Source: Candidatus Poriferihabitaceae bacterium
GTDB taxonomy: Bacteria > Pseudomonadota > Gammaproteobacteria > Arenicellales > Poriferihabitantaceae
DNA: 64,000 nt
Direction of reading: 5' to 3'
NCBI GenBank assembly: GCA_965237995.1
Contig: CBDEGO010000003.1
Span: 305,925-369,924 of the forward strand
Positions 41,037 through 50,641 of the stretch are shown here, piece by piece. The translations under genes were made by a program, and so were the position numbers. Every line of letters begins with the position of its first letter. Position 1 is the first letter of the stretch. The notes beneath the pieces were generated by a model. That model was not told the DNA's origin. It did no database searches and saw nothing but the letters and a program-made list of their open reading frames with translations.

Positions 41037-42335
41037 TTATCGAAGGTGCGCAATTATATCACCCACCACGTGAAACGAACCAAATATTAGTACAGTATCT
41101 TCAGATTTCGCATTACTCAACGCCCATTGATATGCCTCTATTGGGCTGCTGTTCAGGCTCGCGTCTAACATGGGTGCCTCAGCCGACAATTCTAGATCTG
41201 TAACAAGTGAATCATGCAATTGTTTTGCCGTCTGGCCACGCTCCCCTGCTATCGAGCATAAATGCCACTGATGCACCACGGGGATGAGCTGCTGTACCGC
41301 AGCGCTTATATCTTTATCTTCAAGCGCCCCAAAAACCGCTAGCACGCGGGCACTCTCAAAAGATCGCTGTTTAATAGTATGGACTAATTGCTCAATAGAA
41401 TCTTGATTATGTGATACATCTAACAATAAGTTCGGAGCGCCTGCTACCCACTGCTGGCGCCCTAATATTGCAACGCTACTTAGCCCTAGTCGAATAGACG
41501 CTTCAACCACCGGCAACTTATCTTGCAGTAACTGCACCACTGCGATCACTCCTGACGCGTTTTGGTTTTGGTGTTGACCGACTAAATTGGTTTTCAGGTT
41601 GGTAAATATTATTTCGGGCGTGCTGTCGCCATTCATTGACCAATCGAACTGACCATGCTTACCACTTGTGTAATTAAAATCTCTGCTGACTGCCAATAAA
41701 GTCGCACTTTTAGCTTGGGCTACTTGGTCTATCGTAATAGGTCGATTTATATCTGAACACACTGCTAGACCATTTGCTTTGATGATGCCGGCTTTTTCCG
41801 TCGCAATCACTTCGCGGGTGTTACCTAGCCAACTTGCGTGATCGACGCTAATTGAAGTAATTAATGCCACATCATTTCGGACTATATTAGTCGAATCAAG
41901 TCTCCCACCTAAACCTACTTCCAATATTAAAATATCAACCTGCGCTTTAACTAAGCAATAAAGCGCCAATACGGTTCCAAATTCAAAATAGGTCAGCGGG
42001 GTCTCGCCTCGTTTCGCTTCGACCATTTCAAACCCGGCTAGCAACGAAGCATCATCTATTGGCTGACCCTCAATACAAATGCGCTCGTTATAATCGACTA
42101 AGTGGGGTGAGGTAAAGGTGCCCGTTTTATAACCCGCGTGACGATAGACCGATTCCAACATGGCAACGCTAGAGCCTTTGCCATTGGTACCAGCGACCGT
42201 AATAACCGGGCAAGGTATAGTGTGCTCGAACGCTTGCCACACCGATTCAACCCGATCGAGCCCCATTTCGATGGTGCGCGAGTGAAGGGTTTGAATATAC
42301 TTAAGCCAATCTTCGATTTGGCGTTCCGCTGCCAC
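41037..42335 (-). CDS. folC: Bifunctional folylpolyglutamate synthase / dihydrofolate synthase
   Basis: Mur-ligase P-loop VAGTNGKGS. Full length, 432 aa. Confidence 0.93.
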   Translation of the reverse strand: MAAERQIEDWLKYIQTLHSRTIEMGLDRVESVWQAFEHTIPCPVITVAGTNGKGSSVAMLESVYRHAGYKTGTFTSPHLVDYNERICIEGQPIDDASLLAGFEMVEAKRGETPLTYFEFGTVLALYCLVKAQVDILILEVGLGGRLDSTNIVRNDVALITSISVDHASWLGNTREVIATEKAGIIKANGLAVCSDINRPITIDQVAQAKSATLLAVSRDFNYTSGKHGQFDWSMNGDSTPEIIFTNLKTNLVGQHQNQNASGVIAVVQLLQDKLPVVEASIRLGLSSVAILGRQQWVAGAPNLLLDVSHNQDSIEQLVHTIKQRSFESARVLAVFGALEDKDISAAVQQLIPVVHQWHLCSIAGERGQTAKQLHDSLVTDLELSAEAPMLDASLNSSPIEAYQWALSNAKSEDTVLIFGSFHVVGDIIAHLR

Positions 42336-42370
42336 TGTATAAAAACGTTAAATTTAGAATAAAATATGAT

Positions 42371-43270
42371 TTAGGCGGCAGACTCTGTTAGCGTCTCGCC
42401 TTCCTTCAAGGAATTCTTATTGTTAAGACTTAAAGTGCTTAAAAAGGTATAAATTGTGTTGGGTAGCTCATTTCGCGGCACAATCATATCAATAGCCCCA
42501 TGTTCTAATAAAAACTCAGCCCGCTGGAACCCATCTGGCAAAGTTTCACGCACAGTTTGTTCGATGACTCTTGGCCCTGCAAAACCAATTAACGCATTAG
42601 GCTCTGCAACAATAATATCCCCCAACATCGCAAAGCTTGCCGAAACACCGCCCATTGTCGGGTCGGTAAGCACTGAAATATAAGGCACTGAAGCCCTTTT
42701 TAATCGCTTTAGAGCAGCGACGGTTTTAGTCAGTTGCATCAATGAAAACAAGCCTTCTTGCATTCTTGCGCCGCCACTTGCAGAAAAGCAAATAAAGGGA
42801 ATATTTTCTTTCAGACTCAATTCGGCGCCGCGCACAAACCGCTCACCAACCACTGCGCCCATCGAACCGCCCATAAAACCAAAATCAAATGCTGCAACCA
42901 CCACCGGCAAACCATTGATGTCGCCCTTTGCGACGACTAATGCTTCACTTGCTTCGGTATTTTTCTGTGCCTCAACCAAGCGGTCTTTATACTTTTTTAG
43001 GTCTCTAAACTTCAGTGAATCCGTTGTTTTAACGTCTTCACCAATTAATGCTAGCTCTTCGGCATTCAAGAAACTACGCAAACGTTGCATCCCTGTAATT
43101 CGATGATGGTGGCCGCACTTCGGGCACACTTCATTTGCGCTAGATAATTCCGCACCATATAACACCGCTTTGCAGCCATCGCATTTACGCCATAAGCCTT
43201 CAGGCACTCCTTTTCCGGAAATGCGAGATTGCTTAATTTTTGGTGGAATAATGCGATCTAACCAATTCAT
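42371..43270 (-). CDS. accD: Acetyl-CoA carboxylase carboxyltransferase beta subunit
   Basis: N-terminal Zn ribbon CDGC...CPKCGHH. Carboxyltransferase domain with GGSMG and GGARMQEG. Confidence 0.96.
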   Translation of the reverse strand: MNWLDRIIPPKIKQSRISGKGVPEGLWRKCDGCKAVLYGAELSSANEVCPKCGHHHRITGMQRLRSFLNAEELALIGEDVKTTDSLKFRDLKKYKDRLVEAQKNTEASEALVVAKGDINGLPVVVAAFDFGFMGGSMGAVVGERFVRGAELSLKENIPFICFSASGGARMQEGLFSLMQLTKTVAALKRLKRASVPYISVLTDPTMGGVSASFAMLGDIIVAEPNALIGFAGPRVIEQTVRETLPDGFQRAEFLLEHGAIDMIVPRNELPNTIYTFLSTLSLNNKNSLKEGETLTESAA

Positions 43271-43326
43271 TTAACTTAGCATTTTGAAATTTAAATATAC
43301 GAGAATTATACCTTTTATTACTGCCT

Positions 43327-46104
43327 TCAAATCCAATTAATTGGCTGCTCTAACCAGTCTTGCATTGCTAACTCGTCGACACCTTCAAAAAACGTTGCAT
43401 CTACTAGCCGTGTTACGGCCGTGTATTGTTGCATTTTTTGTTCTAAGTCTTCTACTGACGCTAAATCAAGCACCCTAAGTAAATGCCGACGAATCATGAT
43501 GGGTAACTCAGCTAATCGCTTCGTTTCATGCCCAAACAACCTAACTTCTAGTTGAAAATTACGCATAAATAAAAGCGCCTCATAGATCGGCTGTTGGGCT
43601 ACGGCAGATACAGCTGAGGCCATATTATCAAATAAGTCAGGCCAGTCACTTGGGTTCCCTTGGTAATGCATTATAGACAAACAACAAATCATATATTCTA
43701 GTTCAGACAACCCGCCTGAACGTTGTTTGCTGACAAACAAATTTTCTGCATCCTGCATGGTCCGCTGTTTTTTTATGCGCAATAGCATCTTTAAACAATC
43801 GTTTTTATACTGAACTAGTTCACGAGGCTGCGACAGTACTTTATGTTTGATTGCCTCAAAGCGCCTACCAATTTCAGCATCACCCGCAACGAATTTCGCT
43901 GGGACTAACGCTAGGTGCGCCCATGTGTGCGCATGCTCAAGCTGATGCGCCTCAAAGCTTTGTAAGCTAATTGTAGCAGCGCCAGATTTACCCGACGGTC
44001 GCAAGCGCGTATCAAGCTCGTATACTCGCCCTTGCTTCATCGGTGCGGAAATAACCGTCGTTAATTTGCTGGCAAATTGACTGGCAATTTGTAACTCTTT
44101 TATATCGTCAAATACGAATACGAGATCTAAATCTGACATCGGCATCATCGCAGACATACCGAGCTTACCAAACCCGACAACCGCAATTGGCGCTTGCGCC
44201 AAGTTCATTTCCGCGCAAGTAACCTGCATACACACTTCGATAAGTGATCGAGCCAAATAACTTAGCTGCGCTTCAAATTGTCTAGGGTCTATTTCTCCAT
44301 TGAAGTATTGCAAATAAATGAGATACAGCTCTTCGTTGGCCAGCCTTCGCAAGTTTTGCAAGCGCGTTTCGAAGTCGTCCGTATAGAAAATAATCGAAGT
44401 ATCAAGCTTTTCTCCAACCGACAATGGCGTGCATTCTTCTAAAAACCGATCGATAATATGCGGGGATTGCTGCAATAAAATCGCCATCGACTCAGAGTGC
44501 AATAAAGGCTGAATCAGTTTATCCAACAAGGCAGGATATTCTCGCAATAGCCGAAAATACTGGCCACCTGACGGCAAAGAATGGAAAAACCCATCCAACT
44601 TAACAACCGCTTGTTCAGTATCAACCCCTGCTTCTGCAATGATAGTGTCAAGTTCACTCGCCAATGGTTTTAAGGTAGCAGCGTAACTTTCATGCACACC
44701 ATAATTTCTAAAGCCCTCGGACCACAGATTGGTGATTTCGCTTACGTGCTCAGGCAGGTCTAAAGACGCCCAAGCGAAGTCACTTTTTGTATCTACATCG
44801 GCCGCCCCCGTGTTGTGTTTTTTACTGGTTGAATCGTCAGAAAATAAGGCCGTAAAAGCGGTCGTGACGGCTTCTCGATGCCGCTGTAGCTCGCCCTCAA
44901 ATAACACCCATTCACTGTAGCCCAGTAATGAAATCAGATTTTGTTGATTGTCTTCATTGACTGGCAAGTGATACCTTTGTTTATTTTCTAACATTTGCAA
45001 CGCATTTTCCGTGGTTCTAAAAAATACATAAGCTGCTGTTAGCGAGTCAGCCGTTGCTTGTTCATATAAGCCTAACTGCGCCAACACACGCAATGCAGCC
45101 ATGCTGTTGGTTACTCTAAGCTCTGGCTTTCTACCACCCCACAATAACTGCATGGCATTAACAATAAACTCAATTTCGCGAATACCGCCATGGCCCAGCT
45201 TAATATTAAAACCCTTTGTACCTTGGCCTGCCTCGCTTGCTTGTTGTCGTTGCCCTTTTAACTCAGGATGTTCCAGATTTATCTTTTGTTTTAGTGATTC
45301 CAAATCATCAATCGCGCGGTAATCAAGGTCATGGCGCCAAACAAATGGAGTCAAATCTTTTAAAAACGACTGGCCGCATTTTTCGTCTCCTGCAATAACA
45401 CGTGCCTTGATCATCGCTAAACGATGCCATGGCTGCGCGTGATAATGATAAAACTCGTCCGCTGATTGCGCCGGCATACTTAAATTGCGTAACGAAGCGT
45501 GTGGCCGTAAGCGCCAATCAACACGCCAAACCAATTCCGCCTCACTCCCGCCCATTAACAGTTTGGTGAGTTGTTGCAAAATTTGCGTCACCACATAACT
45601 AGCACCCTGCATTCTTGGGCACTCAAATTGTTGCTTATCGTAAAAAGCAACGAGATCGATGTCACTTGAAAAGTTGAGGTCATAGCCGCCGAGTTTGCCC
45701 ATCGCTAAAATAAATAAGCCGCTTTTTGAAGGTTGAGGCAGCGCCTGAGCACCGTACAATTTTTTAATTATCGGGTGCTGAATAGCCGCCCTTAAGGCCT
45801 GCTGTACACACAGACAGGCGAAGTCACTTTGAAGTTTGCCTAGCTCAGTAAAACTGACTGAATTAGCCATCATGGCCATTGACCAAAGCAACGAAAAGCG
45901 CCCCTTGTCTCGCCTCATCTGCATAGCGAATTTATCAGAGTCGGCAATGAGATCAGCGCTGTATTGATTCACCTCATCAGACACCGCCTGCAGAGCTTCT
46001 AAACACAGACTAGGCTGCGCTATCACTTGTTGATAGTCTTGGCGGTTGGCCTCCCACAAGTGAGTGAGATAGGTTGACGCATTAAGTTGTGATTGTAAAT
46101 TCAT
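43327..46104 (-). CDS. glnE: Bifunctional glutamine synthetase adenylyltransferase/adenylyl-removing enzyme
   Basis: 925 aa with two nucleotidyltransferase domains (GKLGGYDLNFSSDIDLV and GFGKLGMSAMMPMSDLDLVFV). Confidence 0.95.
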   Translation of the reverse strand: MNLQSQLNASTYLTHLWEANRQDYQQVIAQPSLCLEALQAVSDEVNQYSADLIADSDKFAMQMRRDKGRFSLLWSMAMMANSVSFTELGKLQSDFACLCVQQALRAAIQHPIIKKLYGAQALPQPSKSGLFILAMGKLGGYDLNFSSDIDLVAFYDKQQFECPRMQGASYVVTQILQQLTKLLMGGSEAELVWRVDWRLRPHASLRNLSMPAQSADEFYHYHAQPWHRLAMIKARVIAGDEKCGQSFLKDLTPFVWRHDLDYRAIDDLESLKQKINLEHPELKGQRQQASEAGQGTKGFNIKLGHGGIREIEFIVNAMQLLWGGRKPELRVTNSMAALRVLAQLGLYEQATADSLTAAYVFFRTTENALQMLENKQRYHLPVNEDNQQNLISLLGYSEWVLFEGELQRHREAVTTAFTALFSDDSTSKKHNTGAADVDTKSDFAWASLDLPEHVSEITNLWSEGFRNYGVHESYAATLKPLASELDTIIAEAGVDTEQAVVKLDGFFHSLPSGGQYFRLLREYPALLDKLIQPLLHSESMAILLQQSPHIIDRFLEECTPLSVGEKLDTSIIFYTDDFETRLQNLRRLANEELYLIYLQYFNGEIDPRQFEAQLSYLARSLIEVCMQVTCAEMNLAQAPIAVVGFGKLGMSAMMPMSDLDLVFVFDDIKELQIASQFASKLTTVISAPMKQGRVYELDTRLRPSGKSGAATISLQSFEAHQLEHAHTWAHLALVPAKFVAGDAEIGRRFEAIKHKVLSQPRELVQYKNDCLKMLLRIKKQRTMQDAENLFVSKQRSGGLSELEYMICCLSIMHYQGNPSDWPDLFDNMASAVSAVAQQPIYEALLFMRNFQLEVRLFGHETKRLAELPIMIRRHLLRVLDLASVEDLEQKMQQYTAVTRLVDATFFEGVDELAMQDWLEQPINWI

Positions 46105-46226
46105 AGGGTTATCTTAACGTACCTTGATCTTTTAACACCACCTAGAATATTGCACAAAATGTCGTTACTAAGGGCGCACTAAGTTATAAGCCATTGTATT
46201 CTCTGGGCAACTAATCAGCTTCAACA

Positions 46227-47801
46227 ATGCATTTAATGTCTCTTAAGAAAAATCAAAACATCGTTGTCATTATGGCCGACCAACTGACAGCCAAAGCCTT
46301 AGGTTGTTATGGTCACCCCATTGTCAAAAGTCCAAACATTGACCGCTTGGCTAGTGAAGGTGTGACCTTTGATGCGGCATACTCCAGCAGCCCTTTGTGT
46401 ACACCAGCGCGTTATGCGTTCATGACTGGCCAAAACGCCTCCAAAAGCGGAGGTTACGATAACGCAGCTTATATGCCATCAACCACACCCACTTTCGCGC
46501 ATTACTTACGAATGATGGGTTATCGCACTTGCCTTGCCGGTAAAATGCACTTTGTCGGCTCAGATCAACTACACGGCTTTGAAGAGCGTTTAACTACTGA
46601 TGTATACCCAGCTGACTTTGGCTGGATGCCCGATTGGACCAAACCCGATGAGCGCATTGATTTGTGGTATCACAACATGTCCAGCGTTAAGCAGGCTGGT
46701 GTTGCAGCTATCACTAACCAACTAACCTATGATGACGAAGTCGGTGCACAATCAGTACAAGCTATCTATGATCACGCTCGTACAACGGATGATCGCCCGT
46801 TATGTTTGGTCGCTAGCTTTATTCATCCACATGACCCTTATGCCTGTAGGCAAAAGCACTGGGATTTATATCAACATGACACTATTAACATGCCTACTAT
46901 TTCACGGCCTATTACCAGTGCAAATGACGCACACAGCCTACGCCTTGAAAAAGCGATTGCACTAGATGCAGTGGATATCAGTGATGATGAGGTGCGCACC
47001 GCCAGACGTGCCTATTATGCAAATGTGTCCTATGTGGACGAATGGGTGGGTAAACTTACCGACACATTGGCCGAGTGTAATATGCTACAAGACACGACGA
47101 TTATGATTATTTCTGACCACGGTGATATGCTAGGTGAACGTGGCTTGTGGTATAAAATGTCGTTTCTTGAATGGTCTAATCGAATCCCGCTCATTATATG
47201 GCAACCCAATCGATTTAAGGCCGCACGCGTTACTCAGCCTGTTGCTCAGGCAGATGTCCTACCCACGCTTATTGATATCGCTGCCGATAAGGTCAACGCG
47301 AATAAACCCGAGCCTATCGACCCACTTTGTGGCCGTTCATTGCTGCCATTATGTGATGGAAAGCTAAACGATGACCCCAATCGCTGTGTAAGCGAATACT
47401 TAGCGGAAGGCGCTTGTGCACCCATGTTGATGATTCGCGAAGGCAGTCTCAAATACATACATTGTCCTGCTGACGACGAGCTTTTGTATGACCTCAAGGC
47501 GGACCCAAATGAAACCGTGAATTGTGCGTCGAATCCAGATTATACTGCGCAGATGGATTCTTTTCGCCAACAAGCTAGCGCCCACTGGAACACCGACGAA
47601 ATGTTTGCAAAAGTGGTGCACTCACAGCACCGCCGACGGACCTTACATAGCGCACTGCGGATTGGGAAATATACCGCTTGGGATTATGACCCTCGCCCTG
47701 ACCCGAGCGAGCAATATACACGCAGCCATCTTGAACTTAGCGATTTCGACGTAAAATCTCGTTTTCCTCGACCTGAAGTGTTTAAGCCGCGCTGGAAGTA
47801 A
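46227..47801 (+). CDS. betC: Choline-sulfatase
   Basis: Type I sulfatase signature SPLCTPARYAFMTGQ (C-x-P-x-R). LHGFEERLTTDVYPADFGWMPDW and SDHGDMLGERGLWYKM blocks closely match characterised BetC. Confidence 0.85.
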   Translation: MHLMSLKKNQNIVVIMADQLTAKALGCYGHPIVKSPNIDRLASEGVTFDAAYSSSPLCTPARYAFMTGQNASKSGGYDNAAYMPSTTPTFAHYLRMMGYRTCLAGKMHFVGSDQLHGFEERLTTDVYPADFGWMPDWTKPDERIDLWYHNMSSVKQAGVAAITNQLTYDDEVGAQSVQAIYDHARTTDDRPLCLVASFIHPHDPYACRQKHWDLYQHDTINMPTISRPITSANDAHSLRLEKAIALDAVDISDDEVRTARRAYYANVSYVDEWVGKLTDTLAECNMLQDTTIMIISDHGDMLGERGLWYKMSFLEWSNRIPLIIWQPNRFKAARVTQPVAQADVLPTLIDIAADKVNANKPEPIDPLCGRSLLPLCDGKLNDDPNRCVSEYLAEGACAPMLMIREGSLKYIHCPADDELLYDLKADPNETVNCASNPDYTAQMDSFRQQASAHWNTDEMFAKVVHSQHRRRTLHSALRIGKYTAWDYDPRPDPSEQYTRSHLELSDFDVKSRFPRPEVFKPRWK

Positions 47802-47802
47802 G

Positions 47803-48336
47803 TTGGCTGCTAAACCAACAATATATAAATTAAACATCGCGATCGCTGATCTCGACAACCACTACTATGACACAGTTAATCTAACCGCAGCACAGCACCC
47901 TTCAGAAACCATCGATAGAATGATGGTACGGGTATTGGCATATTGTTGTAACGTCCAACAAGGGCTTGAATTCACTAAAGGATTATATGAACCCGAAGAG
48001 CCTGACTTATGGGTAAAGTCGTTAAGCGGTGAACTCACTCTTTGGGTCGATGTAGGCGAACCTGCGCCGGAGCGAATTAAAAAAGCCAGCCGCAAAGCCG
48101 GTAAAGTGTTGATTTATAGCTTCAATCGTAAAGCCGACGTATGGTGGCAACAAAACCAGCGGGAGTTAACTAAACACGGCGCTATCGTGCGTCAATTTGA
48201 CCATCAACAGATCAAAGACCTTACTAATTTATGTGAGCGCACCATGGAGGCCTCGTTAACCCTGTCTGATAACACCGTTTTATTTTCAACTCAAACTGGC
48301 GCCTGCGATTTGTCCTTGCGAGCGTTATCAGAATAA
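47803..48336 (+). CDS. yaeQ: YaeQ family protein
   Basis: AAKPTIYKLNIAIADLDNHYYDTVNLTAAQHPSETIDRMMVRVLAYC aligns with the E. coli YaeQ N-terminus. TTG start 1 nt after the betC stop. Confidence 0.85.
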   Translation: MAAKPTIYKLNIAIADLDNHYYDTVNLTAAQHPSETIDRMMVRVLAYCCNVQQGLEFTKGLYEPEEPDLWVKSLSGELTLWVDVGEPAPERIKKASRKAGKVLIYSFNRKADVWWQQNQRELTKHGAIVRQFDHQQIKDLTNLCERTMEASLTLSDNTVLFSTQTGACDLSLRALSE

Positions 48337-48343
48337 GAGCAAT

Positions 48344-49063
48344 TTGATGGCGTTTACCTTCAAAGAATTAGACTTTCAATCGACACCGCTGGGCGACATC
48401 AGTTTACGCAAACGCGCTGAGCCTAAACTAGATGGAAAAATCGTGTTCGAAGTAAAACTCAATGACGACTTTCTAATGTCGAGCTTATTTCCAGAAGCTG
48501 AAATCGCATTAGCTGAGTTGGCGCTGAGTAAACTTGAAGGTGACCAACTAGAGGTTATCGTCGGCGGTTTAGGTTTGGGTTACACCGCCGCCGCTGCCTT
48601 AAAAGATAGCAGAGTTACCCAATTGACGGTGATCGAAGTCATGCAAGCGGTTATTGACTGGCATCAGCAACACCTAGTCCCACTAGGTGAACAATTAAGT
48701 AACGACAAACGTTGTGAGCTGAGACTCGCCGATTTCTTTGCGCTTGCTACTCAAAAACAAGGGTTTCACGCATCACAGCCAAACCGACTTGTTGACGCTA
48801 TTTTATTAGATATTGATCACTCTCCAAGCCATTGGCTGAATAGCGAGAACAAGAGCTTTTATTCCAAGCAAAATCTCACATTAATGGCGCAAAACATTAA
48901 ACCAAATGGGTGTTTTGGCTTGTGGTCAAATGATCCACCTGAGCCTCAATTTGAAGCGCTGTTACGCACAATATTTCGCAATGTGGAGTCACACGTCATA
49001 AGTTTCACTAATCCTTTCCGAGACGCACCGTCAACTAATACGGTTTATCTCGGCTTAGTTTGA
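48344..49063 (+). CDS. Spermidine-synthase-like (class I methyltransferase fold) protein
   Basis: VIVGGLGLGYTAAAAL glycine loop, acidic TVIEV and DAILLDIDHSP blocks typical of PABS-like proteins. The ATG at 48347 is probably the real start. Confidence 0.65.
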   Translation: MMAFTFKELDFQSTPLGDISLRKRAEPKLDGKIVFEVKLNDDFLMSSLFPEAEIALAELALSKLEGDQLEVIVGGLGLGYTAAAALKDSRVTQLTVIEVMQAVIDWHQQHLVPLGEQLSNDKRCELRLADFFALATQKQGFHASQPNRLVDAILLDIDHSPSHWLNSENKSFYSKQNLTLMAQNIKPNGCFGLWSNDPPEPQFEALLRTIFRNVESHVISFTNPFRDAPSTNTVYLGLV

Positions 49064-49090
49064 GATTGATCATTAGCCTTAATTAACGCA

Positions 49091-50317
49091 GTGCAACGCA
49101 GCCTTTCAAACAATATAAGTCGCTACCCGTGGTTTCAATTTGCGAGTAGTTTGTTAGCTTGGCTGCCGATATTCTTTCTGTACTTCAATCAATTTGTATC
49201 ATTACGACAAACCGTACAACTCGGAGCTATCTATTACCTAGTGGTGTGCTTGTGGGAAGTACCGTCTGGATATTTTTCTGACCGAATTGGTAGGAGAGTC
49301 ACCCTACTGTTGTCGGTTCTTGCGAATATCATCGCATATTGTTGTTTTTTATTAGCCTCCAATTTTCTTGGGCTTGTGCTCGGACAGTGCTTTCTTGCGG
49401 TTTCTATCGCGCTAATGTCGGGCACTGACACCGCATTTTTATATGATTCATTGGTATCACTCAAACAACAAGACAGCTATATAAAGCATGAAGCAAAAGC
49501 ACAAAAATACGGCTTCATCGGTTTGTCATTCGCCTGTTTGGCTGGCGGCGCTTTGGGAACTATTGATCTGCGTTTAGCTTACTGTTTATCTTTATTTGGC
49601 GCAGTATGGTCAGGCTACCTAGTCTATTGTTTTGTTGAGCCAACCGTTAATAGAGAGCTTAGTAGCACGCGCTTTACTAGCGATATCGTTAAATGTTTTA
49701 ACTATTTGCGTAGCCCTACCTTAGCGTGGTTATTTGGCATGATGACACTAATGTATTGCCTCGAACACATAGCCTATGAATTTTATCAACCTTATATAAA
49801 ACTGCTCAACATACAGTGGCTATCTACGGACAGCGCTCCTTTAATTTCGGCGATAATCATAGCTATCTCTATGCTTGGCGGCAGCTTTGGGGCTAGCTGT
49901 AGCTTACGCTTGGTCGATATCTTTGGGGTTAAAAAATTGTTAATAATCGCCATGCTATTTCAGCTGCTGATTGTAACGAGCTTGTCATTCTCTCTTAGTC
50001 TTTTTCTGGTTTGCATCGTTATCTTCCGTAACTTCCCGATGGCGGTCATTAGCGCACCTGTTCGCGCAACCATTGCTCCATTTGTCGGTAGCGAGTTAAG
50101 AGCGACCTACCTGTCGATTCAAAGCCTGAGCGCTCGTTTGGTGTTCTTCAGTTTACTACTCTATCTGTCACGCAGCGCAGTCGAAACGGCTGACCTAGAC
50201 TGGCCAAGTCTATCTACTATTTTGCAACAAGCGCTCTTTATTGGCTTAGCAGGCTTAGCGTTGGCAATAGTTTTTTCTAGGAAAGTGAATCTTCGTTCTG
50301 GCAGGGCTAAAAATTAG
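49091..50317 (+). CDS. MFS transporter
   Basis: Multi-TM protein (about 12 predicted) with the MFS loop signature GYFSDRIGRR. GTG start 27 nt after the previous gene. Confidence 0.85.
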   Translation: MQRSLSNNISRYPWFQFASSLLAWLPIFFLYFNQFVSLRQTVQLGAIYYLVVCLWEVPSGYFSDRIGRRVTLLLSVLANIIAYCCFLLASNFLGLVLGQCFLAVSIALMSGTDTAFLYDSLVSLKQQDSYIKHEAKAQKYGFIGLSFACLAGGALGTIDLRLAYCLSLFGAVWSGYLVYCFVEPTVNRELSSTRFTSDIVKCFNYLRSPTLAWLFGMMTLMYCLEHIAYEFYQPYIKLLNIQWLSTDSAPLISAIIIAISMLGGSFGASCSLRLVDIFGVKKLLIIAMLFQLLIVTSLSFSLSLFLVCIVIFRNFPMAVISAPVRATIAPFVGSELRATYLSIQSLSARLVFFSLLLYLSRSAVETADLDWPSLSTILQQALFIGLAGLALAIVFSRKVNLRSGRAKN

Positions 50318-50332
50318 CGTCGTGAAAAAAAA

Positions 50333-50572
50333 TCAAACCAACAAACTAAATAGACCATCTACGTGCTTAGCTGCTTCAACGCCTCGCTCAGTCAAATATC
50401 CGCCGTCGATTTGGTCTGTTAAACCTTTGTCAAATAATCGCTGCGCCGCCTTAACCGTAGCTTCAGATGCTTCATTAGCATGTACCTTTAGCCCGTTAAG
50501 CGTCCCGTCTAAACTAAATTGAGCAAGTAGTTTCATTTCTTCAATATGGTCTTCAGTAAGCATTATTAACAT
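50333..50572 (-). CDS. Small hypothetical protein (79 aa)
   Basis: ORF only. Helical-looking, no motif I can name. Last gene of the long minus-strand array; no obvious Shine-Dalgarno. Confidence 0.45.
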   Translation of the reverse strand: MLIMLTEDHIEEMKLLAQFSLDGTLNGLKVHANEASEATVKAAQRLFDKGLTDQIDGGYLTERGVEAAKHVDGLFSLLV

Positions 50573-50641
50573 TAAGCTGAGAGGAGGTTAGGTGTTTATG
50601 ATACCACTATTTGAAAAAATACCGCCTCAGAATTACATCTG

